Part shown: positions 17,374 through 25,952 of the stretch, in pieces
Position numbering within the stretch: the stretch's first letter is position 1
Layout of the letters: each line of letters begins with the position of its first letter
Origin: a virus
Length of the DNA stretch: 64,000 bases
Reading direction: 5' to 3' (one strand)
Virus record (IMG/VR): IMGVR_UViG_3300011113_000287
Span: 28,156-92,155 of that record
Position numbers and translations under genes: made by a program
The notes under the pieces: generated by a model
The model's database searches: none
What the model saw: the letters and a program-made list of their open reading frames with translations, nothing else
What the model was told of the DNA's origin: nothing

Positions 17374-17691
17374 TTAATACAAATCTCCAGCCTTATGCGC
17401 TTTGTAGGCGTTGTAGTCGTCTCCAAAAGCCTCTTTCTCGGCGTCGGATTCCGCTGTGCGGTAGTAGGAGTCTGCCATGTCGCTGTACTCAGCGCTGCCT
17501 TCCTGCTCCATTCGTAATGCCTCTGCTTCATCTTCAGGAGTTGGCACATACGAATCAGCCTTTTTGTAATCAGTGTTTACTTCCCTGGCGTTGGGGAACA
17601 CTTGTTTGACAATAGCCATCTTCTCTTCGTCCGTCTGGGGACGCTGAGGGCGCCTGCGTGGGTTATTGGATTCGTCGTTACCTCGTGCCAT
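17374..17691 (-). CDS. tagged orphan protein 4 (acidic body)
   Basis: starts MARGNDESNNPRRRPQRP; AAGGAG RBS. Confidence 0.8.
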   Translation of the reverse strand: MARGNDESNNPRRRPQRPQTDEEKMAIVKQVFPNAREVNTDYKKADSYVPTPEDEAEALRMEQEGSAEYSDMADSYYRTAESDAEKEAFGDDYNAYKAHKAGDLY

Positions 17692-17700
17692 AGTTACTCC

Positions 17701-17862
17701 TTAGTTGAATGGGGGCATGTTTTTGCGACGTCGGTTCTGCGAAGGGCCAGCCACTGCGCCCAATCCAGTAAACGTACGGATACGGTCAACGGCTTCCTTC
17801 ATCAAACGACGATTGTCCGTCCTGTTACCTGCAACGGGTTCTCCACGATGCGTGTACGGCAT
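17701..17862 (-). CDS. 53-aa protein (not in ORF track)
   Basis: MPYTHRGEPVAGN...; TAATG overlap. Confidence 0.6.
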   Translation of the reverse strand: MPYTHRGEPVAGNRTDNRRLMKEAVDRIRTFTGLGAVAGPSQNRRRKNMPPFN

Positions 17863-18068
17863 TATCGCCTACCGTACTCAGCCGTAGGAAGGTCGGCAAG
17901 TTCCGAACGCTCCACGATGTTGTATTGCATCTGCAACTCATGACCACGCATGGTAACGCTGGTCATTTCAACCTCTCCACCACGGTTAGGAACGATGGTC
18001 TTGAACTTACCATCGGTTGCCCCCATGATGAGGTCTCGGTTCATTGAACGTGATTCATTAACAGCCAT
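17862..18068 (-). CDS. hypothetical protein
   Basis: MAVNESRSMN..GATDGK; coupled. Confidence 0.7.
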   Translation of the reverse strand: MAVNESRSMNRDLIMGATDGKFKTIVPNRGGEVEMTSVTMRGHELQMQYNIVERSELADLPTAEYGRR

Positions 18069-19156
18069 TATTCTTCCTCTTCCTTGGTTACTTTGCCTGC
18101 GGTCTTTTTCTTGGTTACCTTGCCTTTAGCAACAGCGGAGGGCGGAGTCTTTTTGGTTGCTGATTCAAGGTCGCTCTTAGCCTTGTCCTTGACGGCGCTG
18201 CGTTCCTCGGTCTCTTTGACCTTTGCCTCGGTAGCCGCCTTGGTTTTCTTGGCTGGCTTCTTTTCTGCTGGCTTGCTAGGAGTAGGCGACTTGCCAGCAG
18301 GCTTTTCAGCGGGCGATTTACCAGCGGGTTTCTCAGCAGGTTTTGCAACAGGCTTTGCGGGTTCTGTTGCGGGTTTCTTGGGGTCTGGCTTCTTGCTTGC
18401 AGGACCTTCTTTTGCAGGAGGCATTTTGCGAGCATCGGTAGTTGTCTTAACCGTAGTTGTCTTTCGGTTGTCGCTCATGTCGTCACGACCAGTGAATTTG
18501 TTACGACCAACTTGGGCGGTTGGATTACCAAACTTTACTCCGCTGAAATCAGCCATTGAGTCTCCAACGTCTCCTCCACGAGCAGCGTTACCGCCTGCCC
18601 CTCCACGACCTGCGCCACTTGTGCCACCCTTCCCTGCGCCGCCATCGCCGCCACGAGAAGAACCAGCCTTACCGCCAGCAAAGGTCGGAGCGTACTTTTG
18701 AGATTGGTCAATCTTGCTGCCGACCATGCTATCTTTTGTTGTAGCACCCATGCCAAGTGAGCCGACTGAACCCTTGATATCACCAGTCTGCGTCTTACCA
18801 ATGCTCAAATCAAACTTAATGTCACCACCAGCAGTCATTCCACTGCCGCCACCTTTGGTTGCACCTGCGCCCATACCGCCAAATGCGGTTCGGCGTCCTT
18901 CTCGTGCGGGAGCCTCTGGCGCTCCACGACCATAATCGGGTCTTCCAATATCTGCTTTACCCATGGGCATTGCACCTTTCGCTTGGGGTGTTGGTTTTAG
19001 TTCTCCGTAAGTTGGTCCTTGCATGTTTGCTTGTGAACGATGACCTTGACCAGACAAACTTCCAGCGCCCATTTGGTTAGTTCCACGTTGCTGTGCTCGG
19101 AGGTTTACTCCAGCAAATCCAGCCTCTTGGTACTGTTGAAATGGATTAATTGGCAT
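18068..19156 (-). CDS. low-complexity Gly/RGG-rich and Lys/Pro/Ala-rich protein
   Basis: RGG tracts; PAEKPAGKS tandem repeat; histone H1-like C-terminus. Confidence 0.75.
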   Translation of the reverse strand: MPINPFQQYQEAGFAGVNLRAQQRGTNQMGAGSLSGQGHRSQANMQGPTYGELKPTPQAKGAMPMGKADIGRPDYGRGAPEAPAREGRRTAFGGMGAGATKGGGSGMTAGGDIKFDLSIGKTQTGDIKGSVGSLGMGATTKDSMVGSKIDQSQKYAPTFAGGKAGSSRGGDGGAGKGGTSGAGRGGAGGNAARGGDVGDSMADFSGVKFGNPTAQVGRNKFTGRDDMSDNRKTTTVKTTTDARKMPPAKEGPASKKPDPKKPATEPAKPVAKPAEKPAGKSPAEKPAGKSPTPSKPAEKKPAKKTKAATEAKVKETEERSAVKDKAKSDLESATKKTPPSAVAKGKVTKKKTAGKVTKEEEE

Positions 19157-19453
19157 TTATACCCACAAACTTTGCATTGAATATCTACTAGAACCCTGGA
19201 ACGTGTCGTCTACCAAACCGTTACGGAACATGACGGGCGCCCCTGAGACCCAGGAACGATACGTCGGTGTGTAACGTTGTAATGATAACACATCCATTAT
19301 ACCCGATTCACGCTTGGCAAATCCATAACGCTCTGGCATAAGTTGCTGCGGAACAACGGGGCGAATTTGACGGATGGTGTCGGGGTCGGAGATAGCCGAT
19401 TCCAACGCAAGGTCAACCAACATCTCTTGACGGGAAGCCCAAGGTTTAGCCAT
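19157..19453 (-). CDS. hypothetical protein
   Basis: 98 aa, MAKPW start. Confidence 0.7.
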   Translation of the reverse strand: MAKPWASRQEMLVDLALESAISDPDTIRQIRPVVPQQLMPERYGFAKRESGIMDVLSLQRYTPTYRSWVSGAPVMFRNGLVDDTFQGSSRYSMQSLWV

Positions 19454-19455
19454 TG

Positions 19456-21315
19456 TTAGTCCTCAACGTTCGGTCTTGCTTGGGGAGAATAACCCATTGT
19501 TATTGGATATTGCATGATTTGCCTGTTTCGTTCACCATACGTTTCTCTCCTATAATCCCCACTATTTGACCACGTTAAGTTTCCATCTGGCATTGGACCC
19601 TCAAATGGAAGCCTCAACTGACCAGCATCTTCTAGCCGCAATTGTTGCCTTCGTGTGAATGGCTTACGACTGTTACGAGGACGCCTTGCTGAAGCGGCTG
19701 CGTTTGCACGTTGTTTCTGCCTGACCGTTTCGTAATGGGCGTCGGCAATGGAAGCGCCCATTTGCTGAGCAGTCTCCCTGGACCTGACGAACTCATGAGC
19801 ACCGTGTTCTGGGAAATAATGTTTGAACCCAACGGGGCTTCCCGCCGTCTGTTTGTGGCGGTCCTGTTGGTATGCAGCCCTCAACATGTTGTCTGCAATT
19901 TGTTGGGGAGAGTGATATCCAGAATCAGAAAGGGCACGGGTAACCGCTGCCCGATGCCTGTTCGTTGTCTTGCTGTGCCTTTGGGTGGGGACGACAATAG
20001 TGTCGTCGTGCTGCCTCCACGCAATCGGAGTATTGTAAGAATATACAACGTTTCTGTCGCTGCTGTCTGGCTGGTGCTCAGGAGCAAGTCTGCTCGTGTC
20101 TAGCCAACCAACACTGCCCATTGCACTGTGGTCTCCAAAATGGCTCATACTATCCCTAGGAGTAGCCGCTCCTCTAATCACGTCATCCCTGTTTACAAAT
20201 GACTGAGCAACTCCTTCAATGTTGCGACGTCGTGGACCATCGGTTCTACGTGTGCGACGACCTTGCTGTCGTGAACCGCTGGGAGGTATGACGTTAGAAG
20301 ATTCGTCTCGTCTTGTAACTGAGTTAATCCATGTACGGTCTAAGTTTTTTAAGTGTCTTCGTGTGTTTTCTTCTACCCGTGTTTTTGCTAAACTGTGATG
20401 GGCTGGACTGTTAACACTCTGCGGGTTAATGGGAACTACGGTATTTACAACGTCTTCTTTCAATTTAGCAAAACGTTCTTTCCACTCGGTGTCATCTACT
20501 CCCGTTTCACTAACTTCTTTACGGTGCTTTTCTGCCCAATCTTTGACATTTCGTAGGTCAATTTCGTGCGGGGCGTTTTGACTTTCTTCAACAACTGGGA
20601 GTACGTTTCCCTGGAACAGTTGAATCCTGTCATCACGACCTTCACGTACGTCACGTGTGGTGGGAACTGTGTAATAAGCCGCACTTCTACGTGGCTGAAG
20701 TTCCCCACGCATCCATAATTCTTGGTCACTTAGCGGTACGTCTTCTACACGACCTCGGTCAAGGGAGGTTTCAACTTCGTCTGACGTCCGTCCTGCCTGA
20801 CTGTATTCAAACGGGGCATACCCAGACTGTTCTTCAACTTCATCTGGTGTCAGTGATTCTGCCCATTTTCCAGTTCCAACAATGTCGGTGTTTGCTGCTC
20901 TGGTAGCAGCATCAAGATAGGCTTCTTCTTCTGCTTTTGTCCACGGAGCAACCTCTCCACCAAGAGTGGGGTCTGTGCTTGTGAAATCCGTTGTACTGTG
21001 TACGTCTTTGTGCAGCCTTCGTCGCATTGGTTGGTGCGTTTCACTGTAACTATTCTCAGCACGCACGGCGAAGTCACGTGGATAATACTTGGGGTCTGGC
21101 ATATACATGCCCGCAGGACTCTGCTCGTCCTCGGTTACCCCAGGAAAAGACTTTTCAATCTCCGCATTTACACGGCGACGATTTTCTTCTTGTTCAAGTT
21201 CTCCGTAATTAATTAATGCACTGTTGATTGACTGCTCAGCACGACGTGTTTCCCTAAGCAAACGAGCACGGCGTTGCGCCCGTGACTCTGCTGGAGGTAC
21301 TACTGGGTCTGTCAT
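19456..21315 (-). CDS. large disordered protein with embedded YSYxTPIA domain
   Basis: 619 aa; VVYSYNTPIAW...HSKTTNRH. Confidence 0.75.
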   Translation of the reverse strand: MTDPVVPPAESRAQRRARLLRETRRAEQSINSALINYGELEQEENRRRVNAEIEKSFPGVTEDEQSPAGMYMPDPKYYPRDFAVRAENSYSETHQPMRRRLHKDVHSTTDFTSTDPTLGGEVAPWTKAEEEAYLDAATRAANTDIVGTGKWAESLTPDEVEEQSGYAPFEYSQAGRTSDEVETSLDRGRVEDVPLSDQELWMRGELQPRRSAAYYTVPTTRDVREGRDDRIQLFQGNVLPVVEESQNAPHEIDLRNVKDWAEKHRKEVSETGVDDTEWKERFAKLKEDVVNTVVPINPQSVNSPAHHSLAKTRVEENTRRHLKNLDRTWINSVTRRDESSNVIPPSGSRQQGRRTRRTDGPRRRNIEGVAQSFVNRDDVIRGAATPRDSMSHFGDHSAMGSVGWLDTSRLAPEHQPDSSDRNVVYSYNTPIAWRQHDDTIVVPTQRHSKTTNRHRAAVTRALSDSGYHSPQQIADNMLRAAYQQDRHKQTAGSPVGFKHYFPEHGAHEFVRSRETAQQMGASIADAHYETVRQKQRANAAASARRPRNSRKPFTRRQQLRLEDAGQLRLPFEGPMPDGNLTWSNSGDYRRETYGERNRQIMQYPITMGYSPQARPNVED

Positions 21316-21719
21316 TTGTCATCAATGTCTTTGTCTATGATTTTTCCAAGGGTTTTGTCCCACATCTTCTCCATCATGGTTTTATTGGCGGGGTTGCGGT
21401 CAATGAAGTCACGTTCTTCTGAATAGTTTTTGGCGGCTTTGGGACGAGGGATTCCCTTATAAGGAGTCGGGTCTGTGTCTTCAGAAACTCTGTTCTCCCG
21501 TTTCGTTGCTTTCTTTTCCTCTTCCACGTAATCGTAGATTTCACGAGACCTGTTAGTTGGATGCTTTATGCGTGCGTTTCCCTTTGCAACGGCATCCGAC
21601 CTTTCTTGAAGGTTGACTTCACGGACGTCCTTTACTTGACCAGTTTCCCTAAAATGATTGAGGTCAATGATTTTTGGGCGACGGCGAGGGTCGTTCTCGG
21701 AATTCCTACCTCTAGGCAT
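21312..21719 (-). CDS. tagged orphan protein 5
   Basis: starts MPRGRNSENDPRRRPK. Confidence 0.75.
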   Translation of the reverse strand: MPRGRNSENDPRRRPKIIDLNHFRETGQVKDVREVNLQERSDAVAKGNARIKHPTNRSREIYDYVEEEKKATKRENRVSEDTDPTPYKGIPRPKAAKNYSEERDFIDRNPANKTMMEKMWDKTLGKIIDKDIDDK

Positions 21720-21906
21720 TTGCACCACCTTCGTATTCGCTGTCGTACCAATCTAAAAAACGACCATAGCGACCAGCAGAACGGTGTAGCCCAGTTTCAC
21801 GAATGGCTTGTGCCACATCGTGCACGTTCTCTTCCGTCACGTTTCCCTCATCAAAGTCAATGATGTGGTCCATATAAGACTTTGGGCGACGTGTTTTTTT
21901 AGGCAT
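21712..21906 (-). CDS. small hypothetical protein
   Basis: IIDFDEG...Q.I.ETG....GRYGR. Confidence 0.65.
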   Translation of the reverse strand: MPKKTRRPKSYMDHIIDFDEGNVTEENVHDVAQAIRETGLHRSAGRYGRFLDWYDSEYEGGANA

Positions 21907-21923
21907 GCTCTATTCTCCCCCAA

Positions 21924-22412
21924 TTAGCGCCAAGCAGGAGCAAGTACTTTCATACGTGCCCGACGTTCTGGGTTAACTTCTTGTTGTTGGTTCTCGTTGT
22001 TGCGACCAAGACCACGTGGAACGTAGTTGCCATCACGCATCAAACGGACTGGCTCAGCCCCAGGAGGGGCATACTTCATTCCCTGCGCTTGGATATTGAG
22101 AGCAGTCCATTTGTTGAATTCGTCAGGCCACATGTAGTCACCAGCATTGATTCGCTCACCTTTGTGAACGCCACGTGAGTATTGGCGTGCGTTCATTCGG
22201 CTCAGTGTTCCAAGAACCTTGTCCTGTCGTCGGTTGGACGACATCGTGCCAAGGTACCCATCTGGATACTGTGCGTCTGGACTTGCTCGGTAACCAGACA
22301 AAGCCTGGTCTTTGGCGTTGCGAAAAACTGGAGATGGTCCGAACGTTACTGCCGTGCCAGCACCAGGCGGCTCTGATGGACTGTTCCACGAAGTAAATGA
22401 TTGTTTAGCCAT
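21924..22412 (-). CDS. hypothetical protein
   Basis: YPDGYLGT...YSRGVHKGERI. Confidence 0.75.
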   Translation of the reverse strand: MAKQSFTSWNSPSEPPGAGTAVTFGPSPVFRNAKDQALSGYRASPDAQYPDGYLGTMSSNRRQDKVLGTLSRMNARQYSRGVHKGERINAGDYMWPDEFNKWTALNIQAQGMKYAPPGAEPVRLMRDGNYVPRGLGRNNENQQQEVNPERRARMKVLAPAWR

Positions 22413-22413
22413 G

Positions 22414-22563
22414 TCAGCGTCCTTGTGTAAGCCCTTGACTCATCATCATTCCGCCCGCACCACCGCCAAACGGAGAAACAGGGCGAACTTGCCCACGCTT
22501 CCTGTAATAGCGAGACTTGTTACGGGACGATGGTTTGCGTCGTCCTTCGGACATTGACGCCAT
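22414..22563 (-). CDS. small basic protein
   Basis: MASMSEGRRKPSSRNKSRYYRKR. Confidence 0.55.
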   Translation of the reverse strand: MASMSEGRRKPSSRNKSRYYRKRGQVRPVSPFGGGAGGMMMSQGLTQGR

Positions 22564-22565
22564 CG

Positions 22566-23177
22566 TCAGTTTACCTTGTTTTCCTTGTATGTACTCGTTC
22601 CACGAACTACGTCGCTGACATCGGTCCACTCGTCAGGTTTGTTTTGTGGGTCGTTAGGCGCCCCTCTCTTATGAGCAACACCGCTGAGTGAACTGTCTTT
22701 ATCAACACTCAATGATTTTCCAGAGGCAGTAGTTCCAAATTCATTTGTCTGCGTTCCACCACCAATGCTGTCTCTGCTTTCAATAATGCTTCCAGTTCCT
22801 TTATGTTGGTACATTCGTGTAGCGTTTCGTTTGATACCAACACCAGCGTTGTCAAGGTGTGCCATACGTGCAGCAGTTCCCCTACTTCCAGCATTACTCT
22901 GTGTTGCTTTTGGCATGTAGTCTATTGCTGGGTCTTCTTGCATGCGTGTTTCATGACCATCGCCCCAACCAGATTTGGTCGTATACGTTACTATTTCAGG
23001 ACGGCCTGGATTACTTCCCCACGATTCACTAACACGGGGTCCTACAAAACCATCGGCATGAGCAATGGTGTGCTGGTCGGTCTCTTCTTGGGTTGGTATA
23101 CGTCCTGCACGTTCTGCATTGGTTTTTGCTTTAGCAGGAGACCCGTATGCGTTGCCTGCTCGGTCATGTGTTGCCAT
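22566..23177 (-). CDS. disordered hypothetical protein
   Basis: 203 aa, starts MATHDRAGN. Confidence 0.7.
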   Translation of the reverse strand: MATHDRAGNAYGSPAKAKTNAERAGRIPTQEETDQHTIAHADGFVGPRVSESWGSNPGRPEIVTYTTKSGWGDGHETRMQEDPAIDYMPKATQSNAGSRGTAARMAHLDNAGVGIKRNATRMYQHKGTGSIIESRDSIGGGTQTNEFGTTASGKSLSVDKDSSLSGVAHKRGAPNDPQNKPDEWTDVSDVVRGTSTYKENKVN

Positions 23178-23179
23178 AA

Positions 23180-23503
23180 TTACTCCATCATTCCACGTCG
23201 CTCTTGACGTGCTGCGTCTTCGTACCCGCCTTCTGCGTACGGTGCTCCAAGTTCCATTCGTCGGTCTTCATCCATTTCATGTTCATAGTCGCCACCCATA
23301 ATTCTTTCAGCACTTTCATAACGTTCCGTTTTGTAGAGTTGGTCCATAGCGGTTAAAATGGCATTATGACTCAGATTGGGATACGCCGCCTTGAGTCTTC
23401 CGTATTTTTCTTTGTCTTCAAGCGAAAGCCCTTTAAGACGGTCTACGTTCCGTTTTGCTGGAGTATTGTTATTTAGTGGTCGCCCACGATGGTCAGTTCC
23501 CAT
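23180..23503 (-). CDS. hypothetical protein
   Basis: 107 aa, starts MGTDHRGRP. Confidence 0.7.
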   Translation of the reverse strand: MGTDHRGRPLNNNTPAKRNVDRLKGLSLEDKEKYGRLKAAYPNLSHNAILTAMDQLYKTERYESAERIMGGDYEHEMDEDRRMELGAPYAEGGYEDAARQERRGMME

Positions 23504-23505
23504 GA

Positions 23506-23796
23506 TTACCTCACAACGGGTTTAATGGAGATAGCAGAAATACTTTCTCCGTTCTCTCCAATAATATCATCAAAACCAATAATGTAAAGAAGGTCAATAC
23601 CACGTGGGGCAACAAAACCACGTGCAATAGCACATGCCTTGACTGCTTGGTTCACGGCGCTTGCGCCGATTGCTCTGACCTTTGGATACTGCCCTGCAAC
23701 TACAGAACGGGCGAGGATGGAGCCAACCGCTTGCGGATTGCTGCTTCCAGAAACTTTGAGGAACTCATCTACGTTGGCATTTAATTCTTGAGACAT
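23506..23796 (-). CDS. spoVS: SpoVS-family (Alba-like) protein
   Basis: LKVSGSSNP..V...AIGASAVNQAVKACAIARGFVAPRG.DL. Confidence 0.9.
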   Translation of the reverse strand: MSQELNANVDEFLKVSGSSNPQAVGSILARSVVAGQYPKVRAIGASAVNQAVKACAIARGFVAPRGIDLLYIIGFDDIIGENGESISAISIKPVVR

Positions 23797-23832
23797 AATA
23801 CTCCTGATAGGTCAAATTGTGACTTATACAGG

Positions 23833-24198
23833 TTACTTGTATTGTGCGTCATCCAGCAGTTCTACAAAATCATCTAACCTCATCACAACATACGACTCAC
23901 CGACTGCTTTTGCGCCCTTGCCTGGGCGTTTTACAATGAGCACAGGAAGTGCGTTCTTCAGCCGTTTGGCTTGTTCAATTGTAGCGTCTAGCCATCCGCT
24001 CAAATCCCACTTCTTTTGGTTCTTACATTGTAAACACGCATTACGAAGCGTTGTGCGCTGTTGTATGCCGTGGATATCACCCGTATCGTTTTCCCCTGCG
24101 AGAACGGCTCTCCGTGCGTCTGGGAAGCCTTTGGAGATGAGGTAATCCTTTATCAGTGTTTCAAATGCTGTGCCCTTGGCTTTGTGCTTGTTACCCAT
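23833..24198 (-). CDS. Holliday junction resolvase-like PD-(D/E)XK nuclease
   Basis: KAKGTAFE, DTGDIHG, QCKN. Confidence 0.8.
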   Translation of the reverse strand: MGNKHKAKGTAFETLIKDYLISKGFPDARRAVLAGENDTGDIHGIQQRTTLRNACLQCKNQKKWDLSGWLDATIEQAKRLKNALPVLIVKRPGKGAKAVGESYVVMRLDDFVELLDDAQYK

Positions 24199-24355
24199 CA
24201 ATCTTTTCCCACTCGGCTTGGCTAAAGCCTCTAATGCGTCCATCTGTTTCAATGTACACCCATGTAGGCGCATCTGGGTCGCAACCACATCCTGATATCT
24301 GACGTGGGTTGTGCTCCACCACCGTGTCGCACTTTAAGCATTTTACTTTAATCAT
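24191..24355 (-). CDS. 54-aa Cys-rich zinc-binding protein (not in ORF track)
   Basis: MIKVKCLKCD...GCGCDPDAP; ATGA overlap. Confidence 0.6.
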   Translation of the reverse strand: MIKVKCLKCDTVVEHNPRQISGCGCDPDAPTWVYIETDGRIRGFSQAEWEKIDG

Positions 24356-24846
24356 GGTTGGTATCGGTGCAGTCGTCGGTCTTGGGGGGCTGTACTAATG
24401 CGACGACTCAATTCCCGTGAAAGGATTTGAGTACCACGTTCACATCGTTCAAACACAGATTCTACCAGTTTGCGGTACGCCCGTGCTCCCAAATGCTTGT
24501 CCTGCGTCTCCAAGACTTGTGGGTCAGTGTCACGTCGTGCCTTTGCCAAGGTCACTGTGTCTCCTTTTTCCCCACTCCATTGTCCGATAAGCGTTTGTGC
24601 TTCCATTAGACGCAGGTTGTTTGCACAACGTTCTTCGTCAATTTCTGCTACAACGAGTTCGGTCTTTGCGTATGACAGCCATGCCATGAATTCAGAATAC
24701 GTGTTCATTAGGTCTGCATCCGACAACTCATCAAGGTTCTTGGGTATGTCGGGCACGGCTCCGTGTGGCCTATCAGGAAGATTGAACTTCTCCAGGAAGT
24801 TCTGCATCGCTTGATTTGTTTCCTGTGTTGTCTCCGTGAACATCAT
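24352..24846 (-). CDS. helical protein, possible UvsY-like recombination mediator
   Basis: predicted all-helical, located in the recA module; function by context only. Confidence 0.4.
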   Translation of the reverse strand: MMFTETTQETNQAMQNFLEKFNLPDRPHGAVPDIPKNLDELSDADLMNTYSEFMAWLSYAKTELVVAEIDEERCANNLRLMEAQTLIGQWSGEKGDTVTLAKARRDTDPQVLETQDKHLGARAYRKLVESVFERCERGTQILSRELSRRISTAPQDRRLHRYQP

Positions 24847-25630
24847 TCCTCCAGCATACGTCCTTGTATGGACACTGTTTACATGTTTTGTGGTCTTTTT
24901 CTGCCCAGTGAGGTCGGTCAATCAACGTGCCGTTTTGTAGGTGTTGTTTAACCAACGCTGCTGCCGCAAGGATATGTTGGATAAGGGCAGGTTGATACTT
25001 GACCTCAAACTCCTTGCAGTCCTGTGTCGCCTTCCATTCATACAAGATAATTCCCTGATGAATCCCTGTTACGTACATGTACAGGTTTAGTTGGCGAAGA
25101 TGTGTGATAAACGGTTGTCGTATTCGTTTGAACAGTTCGTTGTCCGTTATCTTTTTTGATTCATACTCTTTGTACAACTCAACGTTTTCATAACGAACCG
25201 TACCCGTTCCCACGCTCTTGATTTCAAGAATGGCTTTGCCGTTTACGTCCTCAATGAGTCCGTCAGCGGTTCCCATGATGTGGTGCTCTTCGTCAAAGAT
25301 TGGAAGTTCAGTTTGCTTCATTACTCCAGCACGTTCAAGCCACCCTTGCCATTTACTGTGAATCAAGTGACCCGTGGCAAAGATGTTCAACGTGGTAAAG
25401 ACATGTTGTCTTTCTTTGGCTTCATCATTGCCAAGTATCTTGTACATGGAAGACCGTGGACACCAATCTCGTTTACATATTTCGCTGGGATGCAAATACT
25501 TGGTGTCACGTTTTTCCGTTTGTTGATTGTTCTCCACCGCTGCTTGGGCAGATACCACAGGTATGAGACGACCCTTCACCCTCATACCAGTCTTGATGCT
25601 GTCAAGGTCGGCTTTGCTCAACTCAGCCAT
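24773..25630 (-). CDS. Cas4-like PD-(D/E)XK exonuclease with Fe-S Cys
   Basis: HPS..WCPR, GHLIH, GTADG, EIKS, QLNLYM, CKQCPYKDVC. Confidence 0.85.
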   Translation of the reverse strand: MAELSKADLDSIKTGMRVKGRLIPVVSAQAAVENNQQTEKRDTKYLHPSEICKRDWCPRSSMYKILGNDEAKERQHVFTTLNIFATGHLIHSKWQGWLERAGVMKQTELPIFDEEHHIMGTADGLIEDVNGKAILEIKSVGTGTVRYENVELYKEYESKKITDNELFKRIRQPFITHLRQLNLYMYVTGIHQGIILYEWKATQDCKEFEVKYQPALIQHILAAAALVKQHLQNGTLIDRPHWAEKDHKTCKQCPYKDVCWRNDVHGDNTGNKSSDAELPGEVQSS

Positions 25631-25952
25631 TGAAGTACTCCATGAAATCGTCTTCATACATCGTGATAAAGCGTACTCCGCCTATCTCAACTTGCAGCAC
25701 GGGTATCCTGTCCTCCATCAACGCCTGTTTACGTAGTTCGCTCATGTCTTTTACTTTGATGGAATACTGTTTAACGTTGTCGGTGAACTTGTTCTCAATC
25801 AAAAGATTGTTGGTTCGGACGTCATTCTTTCGCAACCATCCAGCCCCAGAGCCTGCGTTCCTGCTGCCTTTGTAACGGTCAGCAGTCTGCTTCTCTTGTT
25901 TGCGTGACTTCTTGAGTCTCCGCTTTTGTTCTCCGTCACTTCCAAACAGCAT
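25623..25952 (-). CDS. second resolvase-like PD-(D/E)XK nuclease
   Basis: KQEK...GSGAGW.RKNDV...IENKFT. Confidence 0.7.
   Translation of the reverse strand: MLFGSDGEQKRRLKKSRKQEKQTADRYKGSRNAGSGAGWLRKNDVRTNNLLIENKFTDNVKQYSIKVKDMSELRKQALMEDRIPVLQVEIGGVRFITMYEDDFMEYFNG

Noticed and set aside
14345-23836. GTAACCTG followed by a TATA-like hexamer at about 14349-14356 and 23829-23836 as a late promoter
   Set aside because: Only two copies of an 8-mer; cannot be distinguished from chance without genome-wide statistics.
24773-25630. Cas4-like gene as evidence of a CRISPR-Cas system
   Set aside because: No cas1/cas2 or repeat-spacer array seen; it sits in a RecA recombination module, as standalone phage Cas4-like nucleases commonly do.
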